Of a stretch of 64,000 bases of DNA, positions 44,692 to 54,344 are shown in pieces. This DNA is from a virus, in IMG/VR virus record IMGVR_UViG_3300007734_000761, positions 1-64,000 of that record; one strand, written 5' to 3'. The notes under the pieces are model-generated. The model worked only from the letters and a program-made list of their open reading frames with translations, was not told the DNA's origin and made no database searches. Made by a program: the position numbers and the translations under genes. Within the stretch, counting starts at the first letter, position 1, and every line of letters begins with the position of its first letter.

Positions 44692-45069
44692 TTATCCTAT
44701 TTCATCGTCTAGGTGGTCTGGTATTCCGTCTCCATCTACATCCGAGATTTCTTTATAACCAAAAGCAGCCATAAATTTAGCTACACGGTTTTTTAAGTCT
44801 CCATCTGTGTCTTCAAACCAATCTTCTTTTAATTGGTCGTGGTCTAAAATGTGAGTCAAAGCATTATACATTTTTTCTACATCATCAACTAAGTAAATAT
44901 CTGGTGTATGAAAATCTAAACTAAAAGCATAATCATCTATTTGGGGAATAGTTAATAAAGAATCTGTTTTACCAATTTTCTTTTCAGTTGGAATGTCTTT
45001 TCCAAATTTATGAAAGTATTCTCCAACATAAATGTATCCTTGTCCGGGTTGTAATTGAAATTCACTCAT
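44692..45069 (-). CDS. degenerate GIY-YIG/T5orf172-like domain with C-terminal Ca-binding motif
   Basis: GYIYV..KKIGKT..EDWF; DVDGDGIPDHLDD. Confidence 0.55.
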   Translation of the reverse strand: MSEFQLQPGQGYIYVGEYFHKFGKDIPTEKKIGKTDSLLTIPQIDDYAFSLDFHTPDIYLVDDVEKMYNALTHILDHDQLKEDWFEDTDGDLKNRVAKFMAAFGYKEISDVDGDGIPDHLDDEIG

Positions 45070-45070
45070 G

Positions 45071-45646
45071 TTATTTTAATAAATATTTTGTATAATCACT
45101 TTGTGTAGGCACAATATTTGGAAAATAGTATAATTCCTTTTTGTTACCAATCCAAATAGTTTTATAAAAACCATCTGGTACTGTAGCTCCTGAAGGTAAT
45201 ACTTGTGAACGAGAAGAATAAACCATTCTAATTTCAACTTTAATAGTTGCTGCTTTAGCTAAATCTCTTTCGTGTGCTTCTAATATTCTCCAAACACCTC
45301 TATTCAATCGTTCATGTTGTAAAACACAATTTACATATGAAAATGTTTTAAATAACATTTCTTTAGTACAATTGAAATCGGCAGCAGGTGCGCAATGTCC
45401 TTTATCCCAAACGTTATTTATATAATCATTGTTATCTGATGTAATAATACCCGGAACCGTGTAAAAATCCATACCTGTGCGAGGTGCTGTACCTGTTGGA
45501 CATTGAACTGTGTACCACACCCGTTTTGGTTGTTGTAATACTTCTGAGTAAACGGCTTCGTAAACATCTGTTTTTACATAAACAGAATCACGTTGAGCTA
45601 ATAAAGATAAAGGAAGTAAAAATAATCCTAATAATAATTTTTTCAT
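45071..45646 (-). CDS. secreted DNA/RNA non-specific endonuclease
   Basis: Signal peptide; WDKGHCAPAADF, N..LNRGVWR.LE, VPDGFYK. Confidence 0.92.
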   Translation of the reverse strand: MKKLLLGLFLLPLSLLAQRDSVYVKTDVYEAVYSEVLQQPKRVWYTVQCPTGTAPRTGMDFYTVPGIITSDNNDYINNVWDKGHCAPAADFNCTKEMLFKTFSYVNCVLQHERLNRGVWRILEAHERDLAKAATIKVEIRMVYSSRSQVLPSGATVPDGFYKTIWIGNKKELYYFPNIVPTQSDYTKYLLK

Positions 45647-46491
45647 TTTAATAAATTATAATATTCGTTAAAATGTTTAATACGATCAGGTAAACCAATA
45701 GTTCCACCATTTACTCTTTTTGTAACAGCAGTTACAGTTCCTTGATCAGCTCCTTTATCACAAATAGCCCACAAACCATTCTTATTAAAGAACCAAGCAG
45801 CAGACATTAAAGGATACTTTGTAGCAACCAAATCAGGATTAGCTAAAATATCTTCAGGAACAAACTTATCAAAAGCCGAGTAATTATCTTTTCCAGTTAA
45901 CTGGATATAACCACGGCCTCTAAATTTATATCCATCTTGAGTAGGTTCAGCACCATTACCCATTCTACCTCCGTAAACACGAGAGGCAATAGCAATAGGT
46001 TTACGAGCATATTGTTCTGCTAATTGTAAAGTAGGAAAGTATTTTTTAAAAATACCCATTAAACCCTTAGAAGAATAATTTAAATTTTCTGAAGTTGCTC
46101 TCCAACCTCCTGATTCATGACCACATTGAGCTAAGAAATGAGCTAATCTTAAAGGATTAGTAATATTAAATTTAGCTGCTGTGTCAGGAATTTGTGCAAG
46201 CACCGCGTCTGGAATGTGTCCTTTTAATGCACCTAACTTGAATGAGCTAGCAGGAATTGTTGCGCTCACCTGAGTTGGGGCAGCAGGAGTTGGTGTACTC
46301 ACCTGAGTTGGAGGAAATAATTTATTCCAAGTTCCATCACCTACAATTCCATCTGCTGTTAAACCGTTAGTTGATTGGAATTTTTTAACTGCTTCTTCAG
46401 TTTTAGGACCAAAAGTTCCAATTGCTTCTACTCCAAGTCTAACTTGAAGTTTTTTAACGTTTTCGTTGTTGTCGCCTCTTTTCAGTAACAT
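45643..46491 (-). CDS. endolysin: peptidoglycan-binding domain plus GH19 catalytic domain
   Basis: LKRGD..FQSTNGLTADGIVG; HFLAQCGHESG, ENLNYS, FRGRGYIQLTGKDNY, VNGG..GL.DR. Confidence 0.95.
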   Translation of the reverse strand: MLLKRGDNNENVKKLQVRLGVEAIGTFGPKTEEAVKKFQSTNGLTADGIVGDGTWNKLFPPTQVSTPTPAAPTQVSATIPASSFKLGALKGHIPDAVLAQIPDTAAKFNITNPLRLAHFLAQCGHESGGWRATSENLNYSSKGLMGIFKKYFPTLQLAEQYARKPIAIASRVYGGRMGNGAEPTQDGYKFRGRGYIQLTGKDNYSAFDKFVPEDILANPDLVATKYPLMSAAWFFNKNGLWAICDKGADQGTVTAVTKRVNGGTIGLPDRIKHFNEYYNLLK

Positions 46492-46492
46492 A

Positions 46493-46759
46493 TTAACCTA
46501 ATTCTTCGTCTTTTTCTTCAGTTTTAGATCCTTTTCTAGCATTGATAAATTTATCAACACTTCCAATTCCGAAGCTACCTAAAACAATTACCATAAATCC
46601 ATCAAAAATGAATTCATTGATTAATAGTTCTTTACCTAAGTAGCCTGTTACTAAATCAACAGCTAAGGCAATTACCATCATCATAAATGCAATGAAACCA
46701 ACTACTGATTTTTCGTTGATTGTGTTGTTGTCGTCAAATAATTCTCTAAAAAATTTCAT
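46493..46759 (-). CDS. putative holin
   Basis: Two TM helices, charged C-terminus, directly upstream of the endolysin. Confidence 0.65.
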   Translation of the reverse strand: MKFFRELFDDNNTINEKSVVGFIAFMMMVIALAVDLVTGYLGKELLINEFIFDGFMVIVLGSFGIGSVDKFINARKGSKTEEKDEELG

Positions 46760-46760
46760 G

Positions 46761-47219
46761 TTATTCGTTGTTAATGTTGTGTTTGAGGGTCATAGCATCT
46801 TCTAAAGACTTTTGAAGTGCTTTCGAAAACGCTTTTTTGTTTAGTGGAACCTCATTATTTTCAACATTAAGGAAAGCAGCAAACACATATGTTTGTCTTT
46901 TTGCTATTCCTTTAAAACAACCAGTGCCTATGCACACTTGTGTCGTAACAATATAGTCTTTTTTTAGCCATTGAAGGCCTATGATATTAAGTATTCTTTG
47001 TGGACTAGAAATTTCATCTAAACTTACACTTACATCCATTCCGTTTGAGTCTAAACTATATCCTTGGTCAACTAAAATTTCTTCCAGTGTTTCTTTTATA
47101 CCAAAAACAACCGGTCTGTCTCCTATTTTTTCAATAGGAGTACTGTTACTTACATTACTTACCTTAACTGAAATGGGAGGTTGAATTGATAACAATATAG
47201 AAGCTAAAACACTTAACAT
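46761..47219 (-). CDS. exported protein, possible CsgG/TolB-N-like fold
   Basis: Signal-like N-terminus; FGIKETLEEIL..FSKALQKSLEDA resembles the end of 50444..51139. Confidence 0.5.
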   Translation of the reverse strand: MLSVLASILLSIQPPISVKVSNVSNSTPIEKIGDRPVVFGIKETLEEILVDQGYSLDSNGMDVSVSLDEISSPQRILNIIGLQWLKKDYIVTTQVCIGTGCFKGIAKRQTYVFAAFLNVENNEVPLNKKAFSKALQKSLEDAMTLKHNINNE

Positions 47220-47231
47220 CAGTAATAAATA

Positions 47232-48434
47232 TTAATAAGTTACAGAACCTGCATATCCTGGAGCAATGATATATAGATTTAATGTTCCACCTGATGTTAA
47301 AGTACCTGTTGTATGGTTAGTTACTCCTGGATAAGTTGCTCTAACGTTAGTAGTAGATGCTACAATAGCATTGTATTGAGATGTTGTAAAAATCCTAACA
47401 TCAGGAGCTGTTCTCCACTTAGAAAAAATTCCTGCCTTCCTCGCAGCAACATAATACTTATCTGCAATTGAAATTACTCCATCGTCATTAACATCAAATC
47501 TATGAAACGATAAGCCATTCCTAACTACTTTTCCTAAAATAATATTTGATACTCCTTGAATGTCTGAAGTTGTGTAAGCTTGAATTCTTGTTGGAGCATC
47601 TATTTGAATTGTAAATTGATCTCCAGCAACAGTGGTTCTTGAGAAAGAATAGTAACCTGATGAGTTGGTATTAACTGTAGCATCTAAAGAAGTAGAAGAA
47701 CTTGTTGTAGTTGATGTAGTATTTATTTCCCAACTCGTACTAGCAAAAGTACCTGCTGTAATAAATGAACTAGCCATCCAGGCACTGCCTGTTGATATAC
47801 CCATCACCTCTTGGTTTGAACCGTCGGCAGTAAATGTTCTCCAGACTACTATTTGTTTTGAGGCTTGGTTTTTAATAAAATATAAATCCCAAACATAGTT
47901 AATTCCAGTCTGATTGTATTTGCAGTTACCCTCGTATCTAACTCTAAACACATCTCCGTAAGTTCCGTCTGTGTAACTTTCAGTTGAAACAAAAGAAACG
48001 TTGTTATCTGTAGAACCATTATCTACTGATCCAATATGAATAGTAGGTTGATTAGGATTAGTAGCATTTCCGTTATATCCTGAACTAGAACTTGTACCAA
48101 AAGTAAACCATGAGTTAGCATTTACGTGACCTGAAGAATAGCTGGTGCCTGCATAAGAAGGACTAAACCCAGAAGGGAATGTAATAGCAACAGATGCTTC
48201 GTCTGAATTAGCTGTTGAGAATAATACAGAAGTTCCTCTTCCTCTATCTGAGGGAATGCCAGATGTTATTTTAGTTAATGTTCCTGATTTAGTAGTAGCT
48301 CCAGCTGCACTTTTATAAAGTTTAACAGGAACATTACTAGCACCAGATCCGTTTGCATTATAAAGATATCCTGAATAGGTAAATTGGCCTAGTAATGAAT
48401 TTGTTAATAATAAAAATACAAGTAATAATCTCAT
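47232..48434 (-). CDS. secreted protein with dockerin-like C-terminal region
   Basis: Signal peptide; TTSDIQ..FDVNDDGVISIADKY; C-terminal region paralogous to the middle of 51800..53689. Confidence 0.75.
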   Translation of the reverse strand: MRLLLVFLLLTNSLLGQFTYSGYLYNANGSGASNVPVKLYKSAAGATTKSGTLTKITSGIPSDRGRGTSVLFSTANSDEASVAITFPSGFSPSYAGTSYSSGHVNANSWFTFGTSSSSGYNGNATNPNQPTIHIGSVDNGSTDNNVSFVSTESYTDGTYGDVFRVRYEGNCKYNQTGINYVWDLYFIKNQASKQIVVWRTFTADGSNQEVMGISTGSAWMASSFITAGTFASTSWEINTTSTTTSSSTSLDATVNTNSSGYYSFSRTTVAGDQFTIQIDAPTRIQAYTTSDIQGVSNIILGKVVRNGLSFHRFDVNDDGVISIADKYYVAARKAGIFSKWRTAPDVRIFTTSQYNAIVASTTNVRATYPGVTNHTTGTLTSGGTLNLYIIAPGYAGSVTY

Positions 48435-49774
48435 AACAGTAATTTGGCTCCCATTAATATTTGATAGTTAAGTACACTCTGAGTAGCAATATAAGTACCA
48501 CCGCCGGTTAATCCAACTCCAAATGTTTTAGTCAGTTTATAATTAAAGTTAAAGAAGGGAATAACGATTGGCTTTGATTCAAATAAAGACTCTGTGTAGT
48601 ACTTAGTATAAGGGGAATACACACAGGCAGCAATAATAGTAGCATCTAAAGCTTTTGCTAACTTACCTTTATACATAAACCCTCCAATTGCTAAAGTTGA
48701 AATCATTTCTTCTCCGTAAAGATTTCCATAAGTTCCAGCTCCTCCATAAAGTGCTGTAAAGTTCTTAACTGAGTTTACTCTTACAAATAAAGCTGTATTA
48801 GACCAAGATTTAGGTAAAATACCAAAAGCATCTGAAACGACGTTAATGTGTTTGTTACCTTTCTTATTTATTCCAATCCAAGATCTCATTACTGAAAGGT
48901 TTCCAATTCGAGCATTAACCATGTAATCAGCTGAAAATCCTAATGAGGCTGTTCCATCTCCTTTTACTCGAGTAAATGACATAGTTCCTCTAGCATCTCT
49001 AGAACCATCGTCTGCTTTTTGTACTCCAACAATATCCCCGGTAACTAAGATTGCAGGCTTGGCAACCTCTGCTTTTGCCTTTGAGGTTGATTTAGCTGTT
49101 GAATTAGAAGACTCTTTTTGAGTTTCGGTTTTTTGTTCCTCTACTTGTTGTTCAGTTGATTTATCTTCTGTTTTTGGTTCTTCTGTTTTACCTTGCCCCG
49201 ACCCTGAACCGGATCCGCTGCCATTGCCACTGCTACCAGAAGAGGAACCACTGTTACCACTAGAATTGCCACTGTTTGAATTATTACTTCCATCGGGGTT
49301 CTGGTTCGTATTCGACTGAGGATTTCCATCTTCTTGTTTATTATCTGAGGTACTAACCGATCCTGAACCCGTTGAAGTTGCTCCGCCTACATTTGTTCCC
49401 ACTGACGTGAATGACCCGACGTTTGCAATAGCATTTAAATTCATTACACTATTAACAACATTCGAAGCCAAGTTAGTCGATGTGGTTGTTGTAGTTGTAG
49501 CTACAGCCCCTTGACATGGAGAGGTTGACTTGTATTTGTTATAAATATCATTCAACCATATGTCAAATGTACCATCTTGTAATTCTGTGTAGTTAAATGT
49601 CTTTACTTGTCCATAATAAACAATTACTATAGGACTGTTCATATCAGCTGTTATAAACTTGCTTTCTTTCGTGCAGGGATCAATATAACTAAATAAAAAA
49701 GATTGAGAATAACTAAGTTTTGATATACATAACAATATCAATAATAAGAGTGTTTTATATAAACTTCCACCCAT
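48431..49774 (-). CDS. secreted/outer-membrane protein with G/S-rich linker and probable C-terminal beta-barrel (start likely Met 49774)
   Basis: Signal peptide KTLLLLILLCISKLSYS-Q; low-complexity linker; alternating beta-strand pattern ending NYQILMGAKLLL. Confidence 0.7.
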   Translation of the reverse strand: MGGSLYKTLLLLILLCISKLSYSQSFLFSYIDPCTKESKFITADMNSPIVIVYYGQVKTFNYTELQDGTFDIWLNDIYNKYKSTSPCQGAVATTTTTTSTNLASNVVNSVMNLNAIANVGSFTSVGTNVGGATSTGSGSVSTSDNKQEDGNPQSNTNQNPDGSNNSNSGNSSGNSGSSSGSSGNGSGSGSGSGQGKTEEPKTEDKSTEQQVEEQKTETQKESSNSTAKSTSKAKAEVAKPAILVTGDIVGVQKADDGSRDARGTMSFTRVKGDGTASLGFSADYMVNARIGNLSVMRSWIGINKKGNKHINVVSDAFGILPKSWSNTALFVRVNSVKNFTALYGGAGTYGNLYGEEMISTLAIGGFMYKGKLAKALDATIIAACVYSPYTKYYTESLFESKPIVIPFFNFNYKLTKTFGVGLTGGGTYIATQSVLNYQILMGAKLLL

Positions 49775-50354
49775 ATCCTTTAATAGTTTTACAAAGTCCT
49801 CTACAACACATAGAAATATTTCCATTGGGTATATTGTAATATAGTGTAGGTTCTTTTAATGAATCCCATATTTTTATTAAATTTCCATTTAAATCAAACT
49901 GGCCTACTTTTTTATATTTTTTCTTATTTTCTTCAGTTCTGTCTCTTTCTTTTTGTATTTTACTTATTTTAGATAAACCTTCTGGTGTGTGAAAGTTTAC
50001 CCCTAAATGAGTTTCTCTCATTCTTTGTTTATTATACTCACTTTGTTTTTTACCTTTCATTGGAGATACTCTACCAACATAAAGGTTACTTCTATATTGT
50101 TTTTCTTTATCATTCATTATTTGTCTACCTCCACCACCATTGTTTTTATTTTCTAAAACATAACCCCAATTTTTAAATAAACTAATATAATAACCCTCCC
50201 AAAAAACCCATTCATTATCATTTACAGTATCAATAATAAAATAACTTGTTGGTTGTTTTTTATTTTTATGTTGACCTATTCTACTAGAAGTATTTTTTGA
50301 TTTTCCAATATAAAAAGGAATATTATTTTTTTCTAAAACATATATATCTATCAT
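49755..50354 (-). mobile_element. GIY-YIG homing endonuclease with NUMOD3/NUMOD1 domains
   Basis: DIYVL..FYIGKS..R..H..E..N; SPMKGKKQSE; QFDLNGNLIKIWDS..ISMCCRG..GYGWK. Confidence 0.9.
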
Positions 50355-50367
50355 ACATGTATAAATA

Positions 50368-50460
50368 TTAGAGGTCTATGTAGGAATACATGAAGGACTG
50401 CCCGTTTAAAGACAGTCCTACCATAAATAAAAATAATAATATTTTAGTTTTTAAAGACAC
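50368..50460 (-). pseudogene. orphaned original 5' end of the 48431 gene
   Basis: GTG-started MSLKTKILLFLFMVGLSLNG-QSFMYSYIDL-stop matches the mature start QSFLFSYIDP of 48431..49774. Confidence 0.8.
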
Positions 50461-51139
50461 CGTTTCTGATTAAGCTTTCAATTACTTTAGTTGTAGCTGT
50501 CTCTAAAGACTTACGAGTTGCTTTACCTACTGTACTCTGTGAAAACTTCATATCAAGACTTTTCAAAAACGATTCTCCTACTTTAGTTGATTCACCTTCG
50601 CCTGATCCAATGTAAACTTGACCGGTCATGGCATCAACGAACCTAACTTGGAGACGTATGAAAGTAGTGACAACAACTTTGCTTTTGCCTTTTTCAACGG
50701 TCTCATCTTCATCAACAGCAAAATCGGCCACAGTAACATAAACAAAGTAACGAGCAGCTTTAATCTTGCCCTTTCCATCAATGGGCTCTTCAAATACTCC
50801 TTTTTTAGAGGCTTTAAATTGGGTAACCATCCGTTCTTTAATTTCGGATTTTTCTTCGGTAAATATAAATCTTCCTGTTTCATCTAAATAATCTAGTACT
50901 GATTCGGCAAAACCTAAACCAACATTTTTTTCTTGAAGGTCTGGGTATAAAGCAAGAACCTTAGTCATGTCAACATTGATTACTTGCACAGCATATTTTA
51001 AACTGTCTGTGTAATTAGACACTGTTGAAATGTCTTTAGTTTCAATAACATCCTGCTCGGTAGTAGTCTTCATAGAACCACAACCAGCTAATGTCATAAC
51101 CACTAAGGTCATAAACTTATTGAACCATTTTTTTACCAT
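50444..51139 (-). CDS. CsgG/HfaB-like outer-membrane lipoprotein
   Basis: Lipobox LAGC; L.ETGRF..E, KIKAARYFV, LQVRFVDAMTGQV..GSGEG. Confidence 0.75.
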   Translation of the reverse strand: MVKKWFNKFMTLVVMTLAGCGSMKTTTEQDVIETKDISTVSNYTDSLKYAVQVINVDMTKVLALYPDLQEKNVGLGFAESVLDYLDETGRFIFTEEKSEIKERMVTQFKASKKGVFEEPIDGKGKIKAARYFVYVTVADFAVDEDETVEKGKSKVVVTTFIRLQVRFVDAMTGQVYIGSGEGESTKVGESFLKSLDMKFSQSTVGKATRKSLETATTKVIESLIRNGVFKN

Positions 51140-51456
51140 GGATCTTCTTCTTTAGGTTCAGGTTTAGCAGCAGGAGCAGGAGTAGCAGCAGCTGGTTTTT
51201 CAATTACACGTTCTTTAATAACCGTGTTGGTACCACCGCTTGACTGTTTCTGTTGGTTAGTGTTGTTGTTTTGTAAGTTAATCACAACAGGTGCACCAGG
51301 TGCTGTCTGTTCTGTTTTAGCTTCTTCTTTAGGCTCTTCTCCACCGCCTAAGTGGGTTGCAAACCAGGCTCCGCCGGCTGTAACTGCTGTAGTGATAGCA
51401 CCAATAATTGCTTTCTTGGTAGCTGACATTACGCTTTCTTCTTTTTCTTCTGACAT
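51133..51456 (-). CDS. membrane-anchored low-complexity protein
   Basis: TM helix followed by N/Q/P/A-rich linker. Confidence 0.7.
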   Translation of the reverse strand: MSEEKEESVMSATKKAIIGAITTAVTAGGAWFATHLGGGEEPKEEAKTEQTAPGAPVVINLQNNNTNQQKQSSGGTNTVIKERVIEKPAAATPAPAAKPEPKEEDPW

Positions 51457-51458
51457 GT

Positions 51459-51803
51459 TTATTCGTTATTTAAAGTGTTTGATATTGCTATTCCATCTTC
51501 TTCATCAACTTTTTGAACTAACATTTTATCTCGGTCTTCTGAATTAAACCAGTAATCAATTACTTTGTTTAAGTTACCTACGAAAGCACCTAATAAAATA
51601 AGTAACATTTCTTTCCAAGATTCAATAATTTCAATCTTAGCAAAAATAGCTACGTTAATTCCCAAAACAATAAAAAAGAATAATCCTAATACAATTGCTG
51701 TAATCTTCCAACGATTAACTTGCATTTGTTGTAACATGTAATAGAAACGATTTTTATCGTCTACTTTTACATAATCTGATTTGAATAAATTTCCTAATTT
51801 CAT
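51459..51803 (-). CDS. two-TM membrane protein
   Basis: Two hydrophobic helices; LLGAFVG..VIDYWF. Confidence 0.75.
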   Translation of the reverse strand: MKLGNLFKSDYVKVDDKNRFYYMLQQMQVNRWKITAIVLGLFFFIVLGINVAIFAKIEIIESWKEMLLILLGAFVGNLNKVIDYWFNSEDRDKMLVQKVDEEDGIAISNTLNNE

Positions 51804-53689
51804 TTATTTATAATTATTTTAGAAGTTGAAATTTTAGTATCTGTTTTTACTGATAAAAAGTAAAAACCATCTTCAAGTTTAGTTAAATTAACAACATACT
51901 TATATTCACCAACAGGCATTTTAGTGTTGATAACTTCCATAACTTTTCTGCCTACTAAGTCACTAACTGCAACTTCTGTTTGAGATTCTTGATCTACTCT
52001 GAATTGAAGAGTAATTTCACCACTATTTGGATTAGGGAATACAATAAGATCTTCTAATTCGGTTAATTTAACAGGCTTATTAATTCTTCTTACTTCAATT
52101 ACTCCCATTGCTGGAGTAATGTTCATGTCTCTTGCATCATTACCTCCAACAAACTTAGGTCCGGTCCAAATAGCAGCACTTGACCATTCTTCTTGTGGTT
52201 TTTTGGCGATAAATTGCATTACTAAAATTTGTTCACCGTCGTTGATTAACTGATTTCCTTTTAAGTCAGCTGCACCGAAAGCAACCACTCCGTCAGAAGG
52301 GTTAGTATATGAAGTCCAGTTCATCATTTTTTCAGTCAAATCGATTTTCTTGAACTCAAGTAATGCTGTGTCGTATTTTAACTCTAATTGAACTGCCCCT
52401 AATTGTTTTCCGTTAGTAAGCATTTTAACAGGAACGTTAACTAAGTTACCTTCGTCAACTTTAACTTTAGGCATATTAACCTCAATAGTCTCAGTTACAT
52501 TATCGTATTGAACTGTGTTGTCGATGATGTAGTTTTTAGCATTAACGGGGTTAATAATCTTAATAGGAGTCAAACGAGCCATTTTAAAGCCTGTATTATT
52601 TGCATCACCCTTAACTGCTACATAGTAAGTAATAGAATCTTTACCATCAATTGAGTAATTAAAGTTATTAATAGTAGCGTAAGTACCTGTTAAGTTAGTA
52701 GCTGATCCGTTGATTGCATTGTATTCGGCAACTGTGAAGAACATTACATCCTTCTTGCCATTAGGCCAAGCCGTGAATCTACCTGCCAATCTTCCATATA
52801 CTGAATAAACGTCTGCAATACTAATTGAACCATCAGTGTTGTTTACATCCATTGTATAATAATCAAAGCCTGAAGGAGTGTATTGTGCTAAGATAGACTG
52901 GTTAATCTTTTGAGCGTCTGCAGTTGAAATAACAGATCCAGGAGTCATTGTATCTCCTTTAACCACCATTCTAACATCCCAGTAAGTAGTATCTAAGAAT
53001 TTTCTAAATACAACATGACCTAATGAGTTAGTTGCTTTAGCTTCTACTTGAGTCCAAGATCCACCTGGTGCTTTCTTTTCTAAAGACACCCACAAGTTTT
53101 TAGCATCTGAACCAGTAACGTTCTTAAACTTAGCAGCAAAGCGTAATACTTTTTGATTGAAACGACCACCGTAAGAATAAACTACTAAAGTAGTATCGTT
53201 ACCAAAGTTAGTAGCTGCTTTGTTTGCGAATGATTTAACACCTGCAACTTTCAAAGTCTTAATAGAATCTAAATTGTTCCATACCGAGCTTCCGGCATGA
53301 GTAAAAGTCAAATCAAAAGTAGCACCGTTTGAATAATTAAATGTTGAACTAGTTCCTGTGTAAACTAGAGTAACAGTTAAGAATCCTTGAGCATTACTAT
53401 CCACATATTGAAGATATTGGTCAGTAGCAGAAATCTTTAATGAAGGAACAACTGCTGTAAATGCAGTGTTGTCATAAAATACTCTGTACTGCATACCAGT
53501 GATCTTTTCAGATGTAGAAGTATTGTAGAAGTGTAAAGGGGCAACAGTTTGCCCGGCAGTAGTAGTTGCTACTTGATAACCAGAATCAATTACCACCCAG
53601 TGCCCTGTTCCAGGTGATGTTGCTGACGATTGTGCTGATGCTTCGAAAATGGCTAAAGCCGTTAATAAGAATGCGATTATTTTTTTCAT
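51800..53689 (-). CDS. T9SS cargo protein with cohesin-like and dockerin-like domains
   Basis: Signal peptide; cohesin-like ITGMQYRVFYD and VNVPV..LGAVQLELKYD..LEF; dockerin-like ISTADA..DVN..GSISIADV; CTD FPNP..DLVGRKV..L..GFYFL..KIIINK. Confidence 0.88.
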   Translation of the reverse strand: MKKIIAFLLTALAIFEASAQSSATSPGTGHWVVIDSGYQVATTTAGQTVAPLHFYNTSTSEKITGMQYRVFYDNTAFTAVVPSLKISATDQYLQYVDSNAQGFLTVTLVYTGTSSTFNYSNGATFDLTFTHAGSSVWNNLDSIKTLKVAGVKSFANKAATNFGNDTTLVVYSYGGRFNQKVLRFAAKFKNVTGSDAKNLWVSLEKKAPGGSWTQVEAKATNSLGHVVFRKFLDTTYWDVRMVVKGDTMTPGSVISTADAQKINQSILAQYTPSGFDYYTMDVNNTDGSISIADVYSVYGRLAGRFTAWPNGKKDVMFFTVAEYNAINGSATNLTGTYATINNFNYSIDGKDSITYYVAVKGDANNTGFKMARLTPIKIINPVNAKNYIIDNTVQYDNVTETIEVNMPKVKVDEGNLVNVPVKMLTNGKQLGAVQLELKYDTALLEFKKIDLTEKMMNWTSYTNPSDGVVAFGAADLKGNQLINDGEQILVMQFIAKKPQEEWSSAAIWTGPKFVGGNDARDMNITPAMGVIEVRRINKPVKLTELEDLIVFPNPNSGEITLQFRVDQESQTEVAVSDLVGRKVMEVINTKMPVGEYKYVVNLTKLEDGFYFLSVKTDTKISTSKIIINK

Positions 53690-54150
53690 TTCTGTATGTT
53701 AATTAGTTGAGTTATTGCATGTTCTTTCAACCAAGGTTCAGGATTAGATAACTTGTTAATAAAATCAAGCTCATACCTGTAACACCATGCTTCCTCTTGT
53801 TCAGGAATTATAATGTACCCTTTTTGCAAAACATGTAAATGTAAACTCTCATGAACTAACACTACAGCGAGGTTGTTAATTGAATTTAACTGTACATCTT
53901 TAACAGAAATTAAGATTGTTCCTTTCTCTCCATACTTTCCTTCGTTAGAAGAAAATCCAGAAATCCAGAAATCTACTTTTTCACAAACACTGTCGATTAA
54001 TTGATATTTTTCAATATCAGTTTTTTTAATCAACAATAATGCAGAGTCTACTTGTCTGTTCCATCCATCTCCTACTTTACTCACTTCAATTTGAGCGTAA
54101 GTAAAACAAGTTAGTGAAAAACTAACAAGTAAGACTAGCATTTTCATCAA
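53686..54150 (-). CDS. exported HEXXH metallopeptidase-like protein
   Basis: Signal peptide; VLVHESLH..EEAWCY. Confidence 0.75.
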   Translation of the reverse strand: MMKMLVLLVSFSLTCFTYAQIEVSKVGDGWNRQVDSALLLIKKTDIEKYQLIDSVCEKVDFWISGFSSNEGKYGEKGTILISVKDVQLNSINNLAVVLVHESLHLHVLQKGYIIIPEQEEAWCYRYELDFINKLSNPEPWLKEHAITQLINIQK

Positions 54151-54165
54151 GAATAAATATGTAAT

Positions 54166-54321
54166 TTAATCTTTATTTTTGAGATTCTTGTAAATAACTA
54201 CAAGATTAGCTATAATAGCAACACAAATAGAAATTATTGTAAGGGTTGTTACTGGGTTCATCATAGCTAAACCAGTCGCTCCTAAAGTAAAAGTATTACT
54301 TACTAAGGTGTCTTTATCCAT
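54166..54321 (-). CDS. small membrane protein, holin-like (51 aa, not in ORF track)
   Basis: MDKDTLVSNTFTLGATGLAMMNPVTTLTIISICVAIIANLVVIYKNLKNKD; late motif at 54326-54333. Confidence 0.65.
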   Translation of the reverse strand: MDKDTLVSNTFTLGATGLAMMNPVTTLTIISICVAIIANLVVIYKNLKNKD

Positions 54322-54344
54322 GAGGATAAATATGAGATTCTATA

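Noticed and set aside
46265-46311. Short direct repeat in the endolysin
   Set aside because: Encodes a duplicated PTQVS in the interdomain linker; no wider significance
49755-50460. Group I intron around the GIY-YIG gene
   Set aside because: No room for or sign of the catalytic core; the downstream gene has its own signal peptide and start
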